Shown here in pieces: positions 61,162 to 64,000 of a DNA stretch of 64,000 bases. Numbering within the stretch: position 1 is the stretch's first letter; each line of letters opens with the position of its first letter. Made by a program: the position numbers and the translations under genes. The notes beneath the pieces are model-generated. The model had not been told where the DNA came from. It ran no database searches and saw nothing but the letters and a program-made list of their open reading frames with translations. Source of the stretch: Terriglobia bacterium (GTDB lineage: Bacteria > Acidobacteriota > Terriglobia > 20CM-2-55-15); contig CBDCLE010000025.1 of the NCBI GenBank assembly GCA_965218585.1, positions 1-64,000 on the forward strand, read 5' to 3'.

Positions 61162-61229
61162 GCCTGTGACGGTTCGAAGCCCAGCGGTCATTGAGTCATG
61201 TCAAACGGGGGGAGGAAAACAGGTCTGGT

Positions 61230-64000
61230 TTAACGGAATCGTTGCCTGAGCCGGATATCGACTCCCAACGCACCGGTCTCATCCCGCGAAGCGATAAAGG
61301 ACGTATCGTTGTTCAGGAAGTACTCGATCAGGATGATCTGCTGGCGGTTCGAAGAAAGATCCTGAGAGTATGTAATCGCCAGGTCACGGGTAATTTGCTC
61401 GGAAATGGTCACACGTGCGACTGGATCGTTCTCAGCTCCCACCAGGAAAGGATCGACCCTCACTCGGCCCAGGACTCCGAGACGTGAGCCGACGCGTTCC
61501 TGCAACAGATCCGCAAGAATAGTGGCCGCTCCCCCGGTAAAGAGCTCTTCACTCGTCGGTACGAGGCTCGCATCCGGCCTGTCTTCGGCGAGCTCCCCTC
61601 GCGTCCGCCCGCCAGCTACGAGACTGATGATCTCCAGTTGAGGCAGGGGGAGATCCGAACGCATATCGAGGCGTACATCGTCCCCTCGGCCGGTTATCGC
61701 CAGGGTAATCCGGTAGTCCCTTAGCTCGGTCTCCGCCTGAACGTCGATCAACGGTTCGATTCCCAACGGATCTACAAAATCGACCGCACCTCGTGTAATA
61801 CGGTAGCGTGTTCCCTGGAAAGTCAGGTTCCTGGCTGTACTTTCTATGTGCCCCGTCATTGCTGGATCACCGAAGGTGCCGGCAAAATCCAGATCCAGTC
61901 GGGCATCAACACTCACAAGATCATTCTCGATCTGGATATTACGATCCCCTTCAACGTGTAGAGCCAAGGCCAATTGATCCAGAGGGCCTTGTTGATCCAA
62001 CCCTCTAAGGCTGTCGCCAAACAAAGCCAGGAAGGCATCAAAGTTCTCGTCGAAAGACAGGTCGACGACCTCCAGGTTGCCTTCCAGGGATGGCGTCTCT
62101 GGAGTGCCTCGCAACGCCAGAGCCCCATCAACGACGGTGCGCAACCCCTCGCTAGTCCGAACCCGGACATCCATTTCGCCGGGACCGGCTCCCTCCACAC
62201 CGACGGTTCCCCGGAGCGTAACGTCACCTCCGCCAGCACTTCCGCGAAGATCGTTCAGGTTCACCCGGTTCCCGTCAAAGAAAAGATCCCCGGACAGTGA
62301 GGACAGGCTCAGAAACAAATCCTCATGACCAACGGACACGTTCTCCAGCGTTGCAATGCCACCCAGTTCGGGATTGGCCAGATCGCCTAGGACCTGACCG
62401 TCGACGATGATCGTGCCTCCGGTCTCTATCCCCTCATATCCGCTGGCAACGAGCGACAGATTGACGCTTCCCCGAACCGAAAGATCCAGTGGCGCTTGCT
62501 CCGAGACAGCAACGGTTCCTTCCAGGACAAGGGCCGTCGCTTCCCCCGTCAATTCAACGCTCGATACTTCAACGCGGTCGGGATCGAACTCGAAAACGAA
62601 CGGCCGAGAAACTCGAAGATCCCGCTGCCGAAAACGCGCAGTCAAGTCCGTCACCCGGCCGGAACCTTCGAGCGTTTCCAGATCCAGCAGCTGCCCCTGA
62701 AAAGAGGCGTCTCCGGTTACCGTCAGCGAGCCATTCTCCAGGCCAGCGGGCTGATCGGCAGCATAGTTCACGAACCGGGCGGTGCCATCGAAGGGATAAC
62801 GGTCCCGGGAGGTGTCGATCTCGGCAGACAGAGAGAACCGAGGGCCCGCCTGGATCCGGGCAAGAATACCCTGAGCCACTACCTCTACGCCGAGAACAGT
62901 CTCGGGGAAGTGCTGTTCGCGGAACTGAAAATCCTCGAACACAGCCTCTCCCTCAATGAGTGGAACAGCCACGGTCCCATCCACCCGAAAGGAAGCAGAC
63001 CTCACCACACCCGTAATCCCTGCGGGGACGCCCATCCACCCGAACTCCTCAAGCCGATAACCCGAAAAACCGATCCTACCGTCCAGGGCAGTGGTCTCAC
63101 GCCCGTAAGTAAGACTTCCCGTGAGCGACGTTCCATCTCCGGTAAGAGTGAGATCCGAAATTCGGATACTTTCGGGATCAAACGACACTCCGGCCTCGAT
63201 GTCGCCAAGCGAATGCCCCTGGTAAGCGAAATCTGCGGACTCAAGTTGCCCATCAAAGCGGAGCGGATCAATGGATTCAACGTGAACCTCGCCCCTCACA
63301 ACGCCATCTACGGCGCGATCGAGGAGCCTCTGAAGTTCCCGGCCGGTGAGCCTCCTGATATCCAGCGTGAGATCCGGCTCCCCGAGGCTTCGATCAAACA
63401 CCCCGTTCAGACTGATCTCTGAATCGTTTTCAATAACCCTAACTGCAGACAATTCGACTTCGTTCGAGGTCAGCCGAGCACGCCCTTCGAGTCGATCGAT
63501 CGCCCAGCCTTCATAGTCGTAATCGACGACGGCAAAGTTTCCGGAAAGATCCGGCGCCGCAATAGGCCCCTCGATGACGCCATCGAGCCTGCCGGAACCA
63601 TTCGCTCCTCCATAGAGGAACCCGAAATCTTCGAAATCTTCACTTTCAACGGCGAAGTCGAGTGAGGAAGCATCACGATCAATCAGTCCATTGGCTTCGA
63701 CTGCAGTCGAACCGAACCGTGCAACCAGTCCCGAGATTTCAACGGATCCCGAAATTCCGCGATAAAGAGTTGAACCTGACACCGCCAGTACCACTGTGTC
63801 GGGGCTCTCAGTCCCGGGTACCGGCTCAAAACCGGCACTTCCTTGAAATCAAAGCTGTCGAATTTTCCTTCGAACCACCCCGTCAGGGTCCCGTCGGCTT
63901 GTGACGTCACGACATAGGGGCCTTCCCATGGGTAAATTCGGCGAAGCACCGACGTATCTATACCTTGATAAGCGATGTCCAGTTCAATACGCCGGTCGGG
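61230..64000 (-). CDS. tamB: TamB translocation/assembly module protein, 5'-partial, frameshift near 63845
   Basis: Long beta-rich repeats with DUF490-like end (P-IDVQAET, LDMRSDLPL, TYSQDLS, DIRLRQRFR). Upstream frame PDRRIELD...FDSFDF runs to the window edge. Confidence 0.85.

Noticed and set aside
1-64000. CRISPR array, rRNA or tRNA genes
   Set aside because: No regularly spaced repeats with unique spacers, no cas genes and no cloverleaf or rRNA signatures recognised by eye.

Overview
GC-rich bacterial DNA from a diderm (LPS heptose genes, TamB, Skp). Gene content resembles Acidobacteriota, which is an inference. The first ~6.2 kb is plasmid/IS-derived: a HicA fragment, IS6 remnants, two RepA paralogs, a ParA/ParG-like pair and a DDE IS with ~88-bp inverted repeats. 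That IS abuts a 5'-truncated sdhA-sdhB pair, followed by an intact frdABCD operon. Next come a porin/cupredoxin/sensor-kinase module, an EF-G paralog, an IS701-split ~1312-aa secreted metalloprotease gene, LPS/rhamnose genes containing a structured MITE, peptidases and a DHH-dtd pair with a candidate attenuator leader. A 12-kb respiratory cluster follows: Rieske, split cytochrome b6-type, an 8-CxxCH cytochrome c, a cupredoxin-like lipoprotein and heme O/A and Cu maturation genes, with no oxidase subunits. The window ends with dciA-gatCA-skp, small accessory genes and tamB. About nine genes carry nonsense, frameshift or deletion lesions, which may be genuine decay or assembly error. All calls are by eye and motif recognition; no searches were run.
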